64,000 nucleotides of DNA from an uncultured Akkermansia sp. (GTDB lineage: Bacteria; Verrucomicrobiota; Verrucomicrobiia; Verrucomicrobiales; Akkermansiaceae). Below the pieces are notes generated by a model. It was not told the DNA's origin. It ran no database searches and saw only the letters and a list, made by a program, of their open reading frames with translations. The translations under genes and the position numbers were made by a program. Shown piece by piece: positions 44,052-54,330 of this stretch (positions are counted from its first letter, which is position 1; each line of letters begins with the position of its first letter). The stretch covers positions 6,706 through 70,705 of the forward strand of contig CANQSS010000005.1 of NCBI GenBank assembly GCA_947626545.1, written 5' to 3'.

Positions 44052-47000
44052 TCACTCCTGGGGGATCCTCTCGATGGGGCGGATCACCACGCGTTCATCT
44101 GAATAACGCATGAGCTCCAAACGACCGTTCGCAATCACCGGGGAAGACTCCATGCGCAACCCGCAAGCTGCGGCACGCGCCACGGCCTGCGCACCAGCTC
44201 CGGGATTCCGCAGTAAAATCCCGCGCGCCGCGAGCGCTGCAAAACTCGCCTCAAAATCTTCCCGACTAGCATAACTAATTGAAGCGCCATGCTGCTCAGC
44301 AAATAAAGAAAGCCATCCGCGCTCTTCTGCGACACTCAGTTCAATACGACAGCGCATCTGCCGGGCCGCCATCAACATGATGGCCAAATCCGTATCGCTC
44401 AGTTCCCGTTCCACGCGCAGGCAAACGCGCTCCGGATGGTAGGTCAGCACAGCCTGAAGTCCCTCTACGGGTGACAGCCGGCGCTTCCGGCTAAACTCTT
44501 GCTCCCACCAATACGAAATGGAATCCGCCGCCGCAGAGAGTCGCATAGCCTCATCCACGTTAGACGATGAGGGAAGAATATCCTTTGGATCGAACTCCAG
44601 GTTCCGGCGAGGACTGCGCACAGTGGGCCGCTCCTTCTCCTCCCACCGGCAAAGGGCTGCCGCACTGCTCATCAGCCCCCGCATGGGACCCGTCGCCCCG
44701 CCCTGAGCCGTCTTGCACATGGGCATGGGACAAGCCCCGTGGCGCATTGTCGGGCAGCAGTTTACGCACACCCGTCGGCAATCTGCTTCCCGCATCCACG
44801 TGGCTATCTCCTCCTCATCATCAGAGTAGATGACAGCGCAAATGCCGCGCGAAAGCTGCATTTGGATCCCCGCAGCTTCACGGGCGCTGCCCACGCGCAC
44901 AATACCGAGCACGGGGAGACGCTGCCCGTAGCGTACGAGGTCGCCCTGTGGCTGCACATGGGCACACAACCCCGGACTCCATAGCTGGGAAGTGGGACTT
45001 TCGGCGCGAGGCGCGACCCACCACTCCACGTCGTCGGAATCGCCCGTGAGCAATCGACGCTCGCAATCCCCCAACGGCGTAGAAATCGGGCCAAGATGCG
45101 CACCCTCCAGCCATGTGGGACGAGGCTCCTGGGAAGCCACGATATCCTCGAGAGCCGCGCAAAAGGCAGCATCGTTGCAAAGAGAATCATGCACCAGAAT
45201 AAGATGCGGACAATGGGATCCCTGCCCAGAGCGCCTGAAAGAGGCAGCCGAAATCTCGCGCACGGCTTGTGCCCAATCACAGCTCTCTGCCAGATAAACA
45301 CTGGGGCCATGCGCCGGAGTCGCCAAAATCGACGCACCCGGATTCGCCGCTGCAAGACGACGCGCCTGATCCGGCGCAGTCGTACACACCACAGCATGCA
45401 CACGCTTGTCGCTCATCAAGCGGTGGCTGATCTCGGCATCAGCGCAGGGGAGCAGAATGAGCTCGACCCCACACTCGCGCAGCAGTTCGGAAAAACGCGC
45501 CCCTAGCAGTGCAGAATATGTAGCCGGGCGATAGATAATGGTGTTGCCACCCATCCAAGCGGCTGCAATACCATCCGCCGCGTCTGCAAGCGGATGAGCA
45601 GAACCCGCCGCCACAACGACGACACCCTTGGCTCGTGCCTCTGCCCCATCCTGCAAGCCGCGCCATACTTCATCCTGAATGGCGGCATAGCGCAGGGCAT
45701 CCTGAGCGTCGCGCAGCTCCGCCGCCGCATCTGCCACGGTAAATCCCGCATCCCGTACCAGCACTCCCGCAAATTCAGCGCGCCTCTTCTTAAGCTCGCG
45801 TGCGGCGCGTCGCAAACCCGCCGAGCGGTCATCGATACTCGGCTTAGGCTCGTTCGCCTGCTTTTCCGCATAGGCTAACGCTGCGCTCACCGCCTCATAA
45901 TCTGCGCCTGTATAACGGTAATCCTCAAGGCTTGGTACAATGAGGGAACGATGGATACAGGTGAGAGGACTGCGCAATTCATCCTTCCCCAAATGCAGAG
46001 AAATAAGTTCTTGTTGACGCTCCTTTTCCGCACGGGCAGCAGCATAAAAGGCATCCACCTCCGCTCGCTCTGACAGCGCCTCCAAACAGCCCGGCTTCCA
46101 GGCGCCGACATCATTTGTGGAATTACCCGACACGTTGCCGGAATCGCGCTTACTGTGGGCAGCCATGATAGGCTTGGCCTTGGCAGACCAATCGATGGCC
46201 CCGGGGTTTGCGGCATTACCGGTCGTCATATAGCTGCCCGGACGCGAAAGTTCGTGCAGCGTGTTGAGCAGGTAACGCTCAAAGGCTCGAGCCTCGCTTT
46301 CCTCCGCCGCTACGCCTGCCACTAGATCCACCTGGCTTCCAAGCGCCGCAAAAACCCGCCCCACGTGATTGCCTAGTCCGTATATCAACGATATGGGTGG
46401 CATACCTTCCCTTCCACTGCGCGCCCATAGCAAGGCAGCGTAGCTCAGGTGCATCACCTCGTGCGTACCCACCACCGGTGTAATCGCCCGATCGGGACAG
46501 GCCACCGCCGCCTCCAGCAAACGGATAAAGTTCATATCCGTTTCCGCCTTCCCATCACACAGGCGGCTCTCTGTACCATAGCGAGCGCTGCACCGACGCT
46601 GCTCCTCCAGATGATCACCCTTCACCAACAGGACTCGCAGGGGACGAGCTCCACGAAGACTGCGAGCTTCCGCCCAGTCTGACAACTCGCGCAGGCAACT
46701 CAGGCTCGTCTTCAGATAGGCCGGCAACTCAATGCTCACCTCGGCCTCATCCAGTTCCGGCAAAGTCAACGCATGCTTCAACGCGCTGGCCATGATGCCC
46801 AAGGTATCGCTGCAACGCGTCTTAATATGGACAGGGCTGCCCCCGGCTTCCTGAGCCGCCTGCACGACATGCTGCAGCTTATCAGCCAAAAGCTGAACAC
46901 TGTACTCCGGCGAAGAGGGCGAAATGGCCGGACAGAGGCGTTGCGGCTCGACGACCACGCCCACACCCGGCTGCTTGGAAAGAATCGCGAGCAGGTTTTT

Positions 47001-47543
47001 CTCGTAACGCTCGGCTCCCTTCTGCCCAAACACGCGTGGGGAGAGAGGGCGCAGTATCAATCGCATTTTTTCCTTGGCCAAGGCGCCGGCGCGGCGGCTC
47101 ACTTTGCCCATGTGCGTGGATAGCACCAGCTCCCCGAAAGTGGATCGGAAAACCCGCTTCACCTCCCCCATAGCAGCATTTTGCATCCCGCGCGGAGCCA
47201 TGGCCGCCGCCTTGATGCGCAGCCGAGCCATGGAACTGAAAAAAGTGGGAACTCCTCCATGATTTGCAATCATGTCCTTTACCTCATCGATCGAATCGTC
47301 TGTGGGGTGTAGAACGGCCTCGCACAAATGCCGCACAAAATGGCGACTTTCCTCATCCAACGCCAAGCGTTTAGCAGCAGAGATGAAAGTACGTTCCTCG
47401 GCACGCATCTGACCCAGCGAGGCTGCGTACACCTCCTTGGCCAACTCTGTTGATCGCTGCACCAACGTCTGATCGGCCCAACCCTTGCTGCGCGCATCGT
47501 TCAGTAGTGTGCGGATTTCTGTCTCGCCCATGTCAGCCCCCAT
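44052..47543 (-). CDS. Divergent PutA-like protein (proline-dehydrogenase-like + aldehyde-dehydrogenase-like domains)
   Basis: ORF 44052..47840 trimmed to ATG 47543 (MGADMGETEIR...), because the longer version overlaps the divergent gene at 47629. PRODH-like string is ELPAYLKTS...RVLLVKGDHLEEQ...KAETDMNFIRLLE...VVGTHEVMHLSYA...LIYGLGNHVG. The ALDH-like region has GQGSHCPHLILVH. Confidence 0.7.
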   Translation of the reverse strand: MGADMGETEIRTLLNDARSKGWADQTLVQRSTELAKEVYAASLGQMRAEERTFISAAKRLALDEESRHFVRHLCEAVLHPTDDSIDEVKDMIANHGGVPTFFSSMARLRIKAAAMAPRGMQNAAMGEVKRVFRSTFGELVLSTHMGKVSRRAGALAKEKMRLILRPLSPRVFGQKGAERYEKNLLAILSKQPGVGVVVEPQRLCPAISPSSPEYSVQLLADKLQHVVQAAQEAGGSPVHIKTRCSDTLGIMASALKHALTLPELDEAEVSIELPAYLKTSLSCLRELSDWAEARSLRGARPLRVLLVKGDHLEEQRRCSARYGTESRLCDGKAETDMNFIRLLEAAVACPDRAITPVVGTHEVMHLSYAALLWARSGREGMPPISLIYGLGNHVGRVFAALGSQVDLVAGVAAEESEARAFERYLLNTLHELSRPGSYMTTGNAANPGAIDWSAKAKPIMAAHSKRDSGNVSGNSTNDVGAWKPGCLEALSERAEVDAFYAAARAEKERQQELISLHLGKDELRSPLTCIHRSLIVPSLEDYRYTGADYEAVSAALAYAEKQANEPKPSIDDRSAGLRRAARELKKRRAEFAGVLVRDAGFTVADAAAELRDAQDALRYAAIQDEVWRGLQDGAEARAKGVVVVAAGSAHPLADAADGIAAAWMGGNTIIYRPATYSALLGARFSELLRECGVELILLPCADAEISHRLMSDKRVHAVVCTTAPDQARRLAAANPGASILATPAHGPSVYLAESCDWAQAVREISAASFRRSGQGSHCPHLILVHDSLCNDAAFCAALEDIVASQEPRPTWLEGAHLGPISTPLGDCERRLLTGDSDDVEWWVAPRAESPTSQLWSPGLCAHVQPQGDLVRYGQRLPVLGIVRVGSAREAAGIQMQLSRGICAVIYSDDEEEIATWMREADCRRVCVNCCPTMRHGACPMPMCKTAQGGATGPMRGLMSSAAALCRWEEKERPTVRSPRRNLEFDPKDILPSSSNVDEAMRLSAAADSISYWWEQEFSRKRRLSPVEGLQAVLTYHPERVCLRVERELSDTDLAIMLMAARQMRCRIELSVAEERGWLSLFAEQHGASISYASREDFEASFAALAARGILLRNPGAGAQAVARAAACGLRMESSPVIANGRLELMRYSDERVVIRPIERIPQE

Positions 47544-47628
47544 TCTATCGTCTGTCTGCCCGCCTTGCAAGTGAAAATTTCGTTGACGTTCACCAAGGTA
47601 GGATGATAAAGTAGGACCAAGGACTGAT

Positions 47629-48252
47629 ATGGACACCTTTCTTGAAATCGTTGCGCAACTCATGAGTTTCCTTCGTGCCGCCGATCTCATGCCCGATTTC
47701 GTTTCGGCACGTGGCATTTTCTGCTTCATCGCCTGGTTGTCCACTCTGCTAGCGATCATCTCGCTGGTTCTCTCTCTCTTTGCAGATTTTGACGGCGGGT
47801 CAGATGCGGATGTGCCGGGTGACACACCGGATGGCGACACCGGTCCCTTCTCGTTGCGAGCCGTGATTGGATTCCTGCTCGGGCTTGGCTGGGGCGGCTA
47901 CATCTCCATGCAAAACGGGCTTTCGGTGGTCATGTCCATCATCGTTGGGTTGCTCTTGGGGATCTTTCTCTTCATCATTATCGCAGCCATTATGCGCTTC
48001 ATCTACAGCATGAAATCAGATGGCACTCTACGTTACGAAGAGCTGGTTGGTTTGCGCGGCACGGTGTACATTACCATTCCGCCAAATGGCGAACCGGGCG
48101 GGCAAGTGCAAGTGCCGCATCCCTCCCAGCTCGTCACGATGGCGGCAATCCAAACCGGCTCCACTCCCCTACCCGCTCAAACATCCATTGTTGTCACTCA
48201 AGCCACCTCCTCCCTCCTGACGGTGCAAGCCGTCAATCCCGTTAAAAATTAA
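47629..48252 (+). CDS. YqiJ/NfeD-like membrane protein
   Basis: 207 aa. Acidic loop DGGSDADVPGDTPDGD, TM helices, and a C-terminal OB-like LVGLRGTVYITIPPNGEPGGQVQV. Lies immediately upstream of the flotillin gene (yqiJ-yqiK arrangement). Confidence 0.7.
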   Translation: MDTFLEIVAQLMSFLRAADLMPDFVSARGIFCFIAWLSTLLAIISLVLSLFADFDGGSDADVPGDTPDGDTGPFSLRAVIGFLLGLGWGGYISMQNGLSVVMSIIVGLLLGIFLFIIIAAIMRFIYSMKSDGTLRYEELVGLRGTVYITIPPNGEPGGQVQVPHPSQLVTMAAIQTGSTPLPAQTSIVVTQATSSLLTVQAVNPVKN

Positions 48253-48265
48253 CCCCACTGAAATC

Positions 48266-49780
48266 ATGTTCATCCTCGCGCTAAACCCATCTGCCAGCTC
48301 GGCGCCGGTCATCGCCATCGCCGTCATTATTCTAGTGCTTTTCGGCACGGTTGCGCTCATTTTGAGCCGCTATAAGATGTGCCCGTCAGATAAGATTCTC
48401 ATCGTGTACGGGAATGTGGGCACAGGGCGCTCGGCCAAGTGCATTCACGGCGGCGCTACTTTTGTGATCCCCGTGTTCCAGAGTTACGCTTTCATGGATT
48501 TGAACCCCATCAACATCGATGTGCCGCTCAAGGGAGCCCTCTCCAGTCAGAACATCCGCGTGGACGTGCCTTCGTCTTTCATCGTAGGTATCAGTACGCA
48601 GCCGGAAATCATGCAAAATGCTGCCAGTCGTCTGTTGGGGCGTTCCCGTGAGGATATCCGCGATCTCGCCTCTGAAATTATCATGGGACAGATGCGCGTC
48701 GTCATCGCCTCTCTTACCATCGAGGAAATTAACGCCGACCGCGAAAAGCTCATTAAAGGGATCACCGGTGGGGTGGATGTGGAGCTGCACAAGGTGGGGC
48801 TCTACCTCATTAACGCCAACATCACGGATATTCGCGACGCTTCCGGGTACATTGCTGCCCTCGGGCAAGAGGCTGCCGCTCGCGCCATCAATGATGCGAT
48901 GATTAAAGTGGCCGAAGAAACGCGCCGCGGTGAAATCGGTAAAGCCGAAGCTCTGCGCGACCAAACGGTACAGGTGGCACTGGCGAATGCAGCTGCTGTT
49001 GAAGGCAATAATGAAGCTCAAATGAAGGTGGCAGACTCAAACGCCAAGCTTAAGGTCCGCCAGGCTGAGGCTCAACGTATCGCACTGGTCGCTGAGCGTG
49101 AGCAAGCCGCCAAAGCGGAAGAAGCCGGCTACATCGCCAACCGCGAGGCCGAAATGAAACGCGCCGAACTTGAACGCGCTACCCAGACAGCCAATGAAAT
49201 CGTAGCTGCAGAAATCCAAAAGCGCAAACAGGAAATCGCTGCTGAAGCCGCCGCTGCCGTGCGCGTGAAAGAAGAGCAAGGCCGCGCGGATGCTCTTGTC
49301 ATCGCAAAGGAAGCAGAGGGTAACGCCGCCATTAAATTAGCCAAGGGCGAGGCTGATGCTCTTCTGCTCAAGAAAAAGGCAGAGGGCGAAGGTCTGCAAC
49401 TGGTTGGACAAGGTCAGGCCGCTGCCATTCAGGCTACGCTGGAAGCTAAGGCAACGGGCTTCCGCCGCATTGTGGAAGCCGCCGGCGATGCTCGTTCTGC
49501 TTCCGGCCTGCTCGTCACTGAACAGCTTCCAAAGATTGTGGAAACTCAGGCCACGGCGGTACGCAATCTGAAGTTTGACAAAGTGATCGTAATGGGCGGC
49601 AATGGCGGTGATTCGCAATCAGCTTCAGTCGGCAGCTTCGTACAAAACCTTGTTACCGGCACACTCCCGTTGCATGAGCTCGCCTCATCCGTGGGCATCG
49701 AACTTCCCAACTACCTTGGTAAAAAAGCCGCTCCGACTGAACCGGAAAAGCCGGAGCATCCCCAAGGTAAGAAGGGCTGA
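48266..49780 (+). CDS. Flotillin / SPFH (Band 7) family protein (YqiK-like)
   Basis: 504 aa. N-terminal TM, SPFH domain, and a long Ala/Glu/Lys-rich coiled coil (EAQRIALVAEREQAAKAEEAGY...). Confidence 0.9.
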   Translation: MFILALNPSASSAPVIAIAVIILVLFGTVALILSRYKMCPSDKILIVYGNVGTGRSAKCIHGGATFVIPVFQSYAFMDLNPINIDVPLKGALSSQNIRVDVPSSFIVGISTQPEIMQNAASRLLGRSREDIRDLASEIIMGQMRVVIASLTIEEINADREKLIKGITGGVDVELHKVGLYLINANITDIRDASGYIAALGQEAAARAINDAMIKVAEETRRGEIGKAEALRDQTVQVALANAAAVEGNNEAQMKVADSNAKLKVRQAEAQRIALVAEREQAAKAEEAGYIANREAEMKRAELERATQTANEIVAAEIQKRKQEIAAEAAAAVRVKEEQGRADALVIAKEAEGNAAIKLAKGEADALLLKKKAEGEGLQLVGQGQAAAIQATLEAKATGFRRIVEAAGDARSASGLLVTEQLPKIVETQATAVRNLKFDKVIVMGGNGGDSQSASVGSFVQNLVTGTLPLHELASSVGIELPNYLGKKAAPTEPEKPEHPQGKKG

Positions 49781-49838
49781 CGACACCTGCGAGAAGAGCC
49801 GCACCGCGACCGCTTCCCCTAAAAGAGGGTGTTTGCAC

Positions 49839-51080
49839 TCACGCCAATTTGCTGAGCACACTGCGGAGGATGTCCAGTCCCTCGTTCAGCACGTCCTCAG
49901 GGATATTCAGAGCGGGGATGAGTCGCAGCGTGTCCGCACCTGCCGGACAGGCAAGCAGACCGACCTCGCGGCAAAGCTCACTCACGTAAGCCGCCGGCGT
50001 CTTACCCTCCGGCACGGCAAAGCGGCCCGGCCTCAAGGCCACGCCTCGCAACAATCCCAATCCACGTACTTTTTCCACACAGGGGAGCTGCCAACCCTCC
50101 ACCGTCTGCTTCATGTATTCGCCGAGCTTTTTGGCGCGAGCTGCGAGATCGAGGCGCAAAATCTCGCTCACAACCGCCTTGGATACCGCACAGGCCAGTG
50201 GTGTGCCGCCAAAGGTAGATCCATGTGACCCAGGAGTCATGATCGAAGATAGCGTGGTGCCGTGGGCATCAATCGCCCGATTGCTCACCCAAAAGCAGCC
50301 CATGGGGAAGCCCCCACCTATGCCTTTCGCACATGAAATGAGGTCCGGCTCAATATCCGGGCACACCGCCTGCCACCCCATCATCTTGCCGCAACGGGCA
50401 AAGCCACACTGCACCTCGTCGATCATGAGCAATAAATCTTTTTCTCGACACAATTCCGCCACGCCGCGCAGGAAGTCTGCATCCACGGGATTCACGCCGC
50501 CTTCCCCCTGCACTGCCTCCAGCAAGATGCCGCAGGTTTCTTTGCCTACCGCCGCGCGCAACGCCGCCATGTCGTTGAAATCCACATACCGAAATCCCAC
50601 CAACAGCGGGTCAAATTCTACTTGGATTTTTTTCTGTCCGGTGGCAGCCATGGAGCCAAGCGTGCGCCCATGAAAACTTTTGTTGAAGGTGATCACCTCG
50701 AAACGCGGAGAGCCGTCTGCCGCCGGGTGCCGATGGCCAAATCGGCGTGCTACTTTGATAATGCCGTCATTCGCTTCCGCCCCGGAATTGCAGAAGAAAA
50801 CCTGCCCATCAAGACCCACAACCTCGCGCACAATGAGCTCGGCCAGCTCCTCCTGTCCCGGTATGCCATACAAGTTGGAACAGTGCATCAGCTTGTGCGC
50901 TTGCTCCTCCAGCGCTCCTACCACTACCGGGTGGCAATGTCCAAGACAGCAGGTTGCTATCCCTGCACAAAAATCCACGTAGCGCTTTCCCGTAGTGTCA
51001 TACAGGAACGACCCCTCGCCGCGTTCCATCTGAATAGGCGCGCGACCATACGTTCCCAGCACATATTGCTTCTTTTCCAT
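49839..51080 (-). CDS. argD: Class-III PLP aminotransferase, acetylornithine aminotransferase-like
   Basis: 413 aa. FCNSGAEANDG, LLMIDEVQCGFARCGKMMGWQ and SCAKGIGGGFP (PLP Lys). Confidence 0.85.
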   Translation of the reverse strand: MEKKQYVLGTYGRAPIQMERGEGSFLYDTTGKRYVDFCAGIATCCLGHCHPVVVGALEEQAHKLMHCSNLYGIPGQEELAELIVREVVGLDGQVFFCNSGAEANDGIIKVARRFGHRHPAADGSPRFEVITFNKSFHGRTLGSMAATGQKKIQVEFDPLLVGFRYVDFNDMAALRAAVGKETCGILLEAVQGEGGVNPVDADFLRGVAELCREKDLLLMIDEVQCGFARCGKMMGWQAVCPDIEPDLISCAKGIGGGFPMGCFWVSNRAIDAHGTTLSSIMTPGSHGSTFGGTPLACAVSKAVVSEILRLDLAARAKKLGEYMKQTVEGWQLPCVEKVRGLGLLRGVALRPGRFAVPEGKTPAAYVSELCREVGLLACPAGADTLRLIPALNIPEDVLNEGLDILRSVLSKLA

Positions 51081-51229
51081 GGCGTTCAGACTCTACTCCT
51101 CTCTTCTTTCCTTGTCAATCCTTTTCATCCTTCAACTCCACGCCCGAATTTGTCCCCATGAAATTTCTCTGTGCCCATTCAATTCTTCTCCCATGCGTTT
51201 CGTGGAAGATGGACGACGCAACGAAGCCT

Positions 51230-51340
51230 CCATTCGCCGCCGATACTGCCCCAGCTCTGCGATCCCACGCAGTGCGCGAACCTTCCAAATCGTAAATCAC
51301 AAATCGTAAATGGTTTGCGTTTTCTTGGGACGGATGTGAC
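51230..51340 (-). repeat. Partial intergenic repeat (heptamers plus GTCCCAAGAAAA module)
   Basis: CAAATCGTAAATCACAAATCGTAAATGGTTTGCGTTTTCTTGGGACGGATGTG resembles 10199..10275. Confidence 0.55.
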
Positions 51341-51420
51341 GCCACATTGTTCTGCTCTCTATATATTCTTGACATCTACGGCGTTATTGACTAGAATCCC
51401 GGTCTTTCACACTGAACATT

Positions 51421-54117
51421 ATGAAGCTTGTATATCATTTCGGTAATGGGAAAGCGGACGGCGAAGGTAAAATGAAGGAGCTGCTGGGCGGAAAGGGCGC
51501 TAATCTGGCAGAAATGGCGCGCATTGGACTGCCGGTGCCTCCGGGCTTTACCATTACCACAGAGGTGTGCACCTACTACTATGATCACGGACAGACCTAT
51601 CCGGAAGAGCTCGACAAACTGGTGAAAGAAGGCATTGCTCGCATGGAGGAGATAGTGGGCCACCGCTTTGGCGCAGCGGATGACATGCCGCTGCTCGTAT
51701 CTGTGCGCTCCGGTGCGCGGGAGAGTATGCCGGGCATGATGGACACCATATTGAACTTGGGACTCAATGATGAGACAGTTGAGGCCATGGCAAAAGCCAC
51801 GGACAACGACCGCTTTGCGTGGGATTGCTACCGTCGTTTCGTGCAGATGTACGGCGACGTGGTAATGGGAGTGCAGAAGGACGAAGGCGAAGACTTGGAA
51901 CCCTTTGAAATGGTCATTCACGAGCTCAAGCAAGAGCGCTATGGCAAAAATGTGAGCGATGCCGAGATGACTGCCGCCGACAACCGCGAGCTGGTGAGCC
52001 GTTTCAAATCGCTGGTTCACCGCCGCACGGGCAAAATTTTCCCCACAGATGTGTGGCAGCAGCTCTGGGGAGCTATTGGCGCTGTGTTTGGGTCCTGGAA
52101 CAACGAGCGCGCCATCACCTACCGCCAAAAGTATAATATCCCGGGAGACTGGGGCACCGCTGTCAATGTGCAGTGCATGGTCTTTGGCAACACGTCTGAC
52201 CAATCCGGCTCCGGCGTCGCTTTCACGCGCAACCCGGCCGTGGGGATCAACGAATTTTACGGTGAATTCCTGATGAATGCGCAAGGGGAGGATGTCGTAG
52301 CCGGTGTGCGCACGCCGGCTCCAGTCGCACACCTTGCGGAGGTCATGCCCAAGGCCTACGAGGAGCTCTGCAACATTCGCAGAATTCTTGAAAATCATTT
52401 CCGCGATATGCAAGATTTCGAGTTCACCATCCAGGACGGCAAGGTGTACATGCTCCAGACCCGCAATGGCAAGCGCACCGGCATCGCGGCTTTCCGCATC
52501 GCCTGCGAGATGGAGCGCGAAGGCCTTATCGATTGGAAAACTGCCGTTTCCCGCATACCGGCGGACCAAGTGGACCAACTGCTTGCTCCCATTTTTGATG
52601 ATGCTGCTGTGCATCGAGTACCCCCCATTGCGAAGGGATTGAATGCGGGCCCCGGAGCGACATCCGGTCGTTTTTACTTAAATGCCAACCGCTGTATCGA
52701 GGCAACCAAGCGCGGTGAGCGCGTGCTGCTCGTGCGTCTCGAAACCTCGCCGGAGGATCTGCGCGGCATGATTGCGGCGGAGGGCATCCTCACCGCTCGC
52801 GGCGGTCTTTCCAGTCATGCGGCGTTGGTGGCGCGTCAGATGGGTAAGGTCTGCGTCTGCGGCGTGAGCGATATGGAAATCGACTACGCAGCGCGTACTG
52901 CCACCATCGCCGGGGTCACTTACAAGGAAGGAGATTTCCTTTCGTTGGACGGCACGGCAGGGCTCGTGTATGCAGGTGAATTACCCACGGCTCCTTCGGA
53001 AATTATCCAAGTGCTGCTCAAAAAAACGATGAGGCCGGAGCAGAGCGGCTGCTACCGCGACTTTGCGAAAGTGATGGAATGGTGCAGCAAGCTTGCCAAG
53101 CTGCAAGTGCGCACCAACGCTGATTCACCGGATCAGGCTGCGACAGCTATTGCCTTCGGCGCCACCGGCATCGGTCTTTGCCGCACCGAGCACATGTTCT
53201 TCTCCGGCAACCGTATCGATTTCATGCGCCGCATGATTCTCTCTGAGCGCCTAGATGACCGCAAGCAAGCCGTTGCCAAACTTCTTCCCTTCCAGAAGAG
53301 TGACTTCAAGGGCATTTTCAAGGCGCTTGCGGGGCGTCCGGCTACCATCCGCCTGCTCGACCCGCCGTTGCATGAGTTCCTGCCCCAAACCAAGGAGCAA
53401 CAGCTCGATATCGCGCACAAATTCAATCTGCCGGTGGAGTTGGTGATGCGTCGAGTCATGGAGCTGCATGAGTTTAACCCCATGCTCGGTCACCGCGGTT
53501 GTCGACTCGGCATCGCCTACCCGGAAATCACCGAAATGCAGACTCGTGCCATTCTGGAAGCTGCCATCGAGGTAGAGGAAGAAGACGGCATTGAAACTCG
53601 CCCGGAAATTATGGTGCCGCTCGTTGCCTTTAAACGCGAACTCGACTTGCAAAAGGAGGTCATCGACCGCACGGCCGAACAAGTCTTCTCCGAAAGAGGT
53701 CGCCGCGTCTCCTACAAGGTCGGCACCATGATGGAAATTCCGCGCGCCTGTCTCACGGCAGATGAAATTGCCCAGACGGCGGAATTCTTCTCTTTCGGCA
53801 CCAATGATCTCACCCAAACCGGTCTCGGCATGAGCCGCGATGACTCCGGCTCCTTCATGGGCGTGTACCGCAACCTTGAAATTGTGAAAGGTAACGTCTT
53901 TGCCAGCATAGATCAGGGTGGCGTTGGCAAGCTCATGCAGATGGCTGTCTCACTCGGTCGCCAAACCCGCCCGGGCATGAAGATGGGTATTTGCGGTGAA
54001 CACGGCGGCGACCCCGCTTCCGTGCGCTTCTGCCACTCCATCAATCTCGATTATGTGTCCTGCTCGCCGTACCGCGTGCCCACAGCTCGCATCGCCGCTG
54101 CGCAGGCTGCACTCTGA
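51421..54117 (+). CDS. ppdK: Pyruvate, phosphate dikinase
   Basis: 898 aa. ATP-grasp N-terminus ([12 protein letters not shown]), phospho-His domain [15 protein letters not shown], and PEP/pyruvate TIM barrel ([20 protein letters not shown]). Confidence 0.97.
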   Translation: MKLVYHFGNGKADGEGKMKELLGGKGANLAEMARIGLPVPPGFTITTEVCTYYYDHGQTYPEELDKLVKEGIARMEEIVGHRFGAADDMPLLVSVRSGARESMPGMMDTILNLGLNDETVEAMAKATDNDRFAWDCYRRFVQMYGDVVMGVQKDEGEDLEPFEMVIHELKQERYGKNVSDAEMTAADNRELVSRFKSLVHRRTGKIFPTDVWQQLWGAIGAVFGSWNNERAITYRQKYNIPGDWGTAVNVQCMVFGNTSDQSGSGVAFTRNPAVGINEFYGEFLMNAQGEDVVAGVRTPAPVAHLAEVMPKAYEELCNIRRILENHFRDMQDFEFTIQDGKVYMLQTRNGKRTGIAAFRIACEMEREGLIDWKTAVSRIPADQVDQLLAPIFDDAAVHRVPPIAKGLNAGPGATSGRFYLNANRCIEATKRGERVLLVRLETSPEDLRGMIAAEGILTARGGLSSHAALVARQMGKVCVCGVSDMEIDYAARTATIAGVTYKEGDFLSLDGTAGLVYAGELPTAPSEIIQVLLKKTMRPEQSGCYRDFAKVMEWCSKLAKLQVRTNADSPDQAATAIAFGATGIGLCRTEHMFFSGNRIDFMRRMILSERLDDRKQAVAKLLPFQKSDFKGIFKALAGRPATIRLLDPPLHEFLPQTKEQQLDIAHKFNLPVELVMRRVMELHEFNPMLGHRGCRLGIAYPEITEMQTRAILEAAIEVEEEDGIETRPEIMVPLVAFKRELDLQKEVIDRTAEQVFSERGRRVSYKVGTMMEIPRACLTADEIAQTAEFFSFGTNDLTQTGLGMSRDDSGSFMGVYRNLEIVKGNVFASIDQGGVGKLMQMAVSLGRQTRPGMKMGICGEHGGDPASVRFCHSINLDYVSCSPYRVPTARIAAAQAAL

Positions 54118-54256
54118 GCGGCAACCCTCAAACTAAACGCATTCGGCGCGTGCCATTTCGTCATGAGCGGAGCTTGTTGACGATGTATGGCGCGTTTGCT
54201 CTCAATCCGTACCCGTCTTCCACCGGAGTTGCCCCACTCATTCCTGCATCGTAAAT

Positions 54257-54285
54257 GGCAGACGCATTTTCTAGTGCGTTTGCCC
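54257..54285 (+). repeat. Solo copy of the family-1 right-end hairpin
   Basis: GGCAGACGCATTTTCTAGTGCGTTTGCCC, preceded by ATCGTAAAT. Same hairpin as 1113..1141 and 15118..15146. Confidence 0.55.
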
Positions 54286-54330
54286 TGTATTGTGCTTGAA
54301 CATAGTAGTGCTCAGTGATAGAATGCGTCC

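Noticed and set aside
47544-47840. Extended N-termini given by the ORF track (PutA-like to 47840, SGNH paralogue to 63131, HAD to 40344, HAD-IB to 12020, MntR-like to 13184, DUF883 to 798, ATP-grasp from 4036)
   Set aside because: The extensions overlap upstream genes or repeats and have Arg/Gly-rich junk composition. Internal ATGs give 1- or 4-nt overlaps with the upstream stop codons (TAATG or ATGA), or match the paralogue N-terminus.
49781-49838. Possible bidirectional terminator between the flotillin and argD-like genes
   Set aside because: Only a 4-bp stem (CCCT/AGGG) with a T-rich loop could be drawn. This is too weak to annotate.
51391-52614. Long antisense ORFs: 51391..52614 (-), 40218..41465 (+), 55048..56136 (-), 5896..6855 (+), 50113..50673 (+), 53251..53817 (-) and 12011..12799 (+)
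   Set aside because: Each lies opposite a gene with strong family motifs (ppdK, the nucleotidyltransferase-kinase, the glycoside hydrolase, uvrB, argD-like, rhomboid). None has motifs of its own. They are shadow ORFs of G+C-rich coding DNA.
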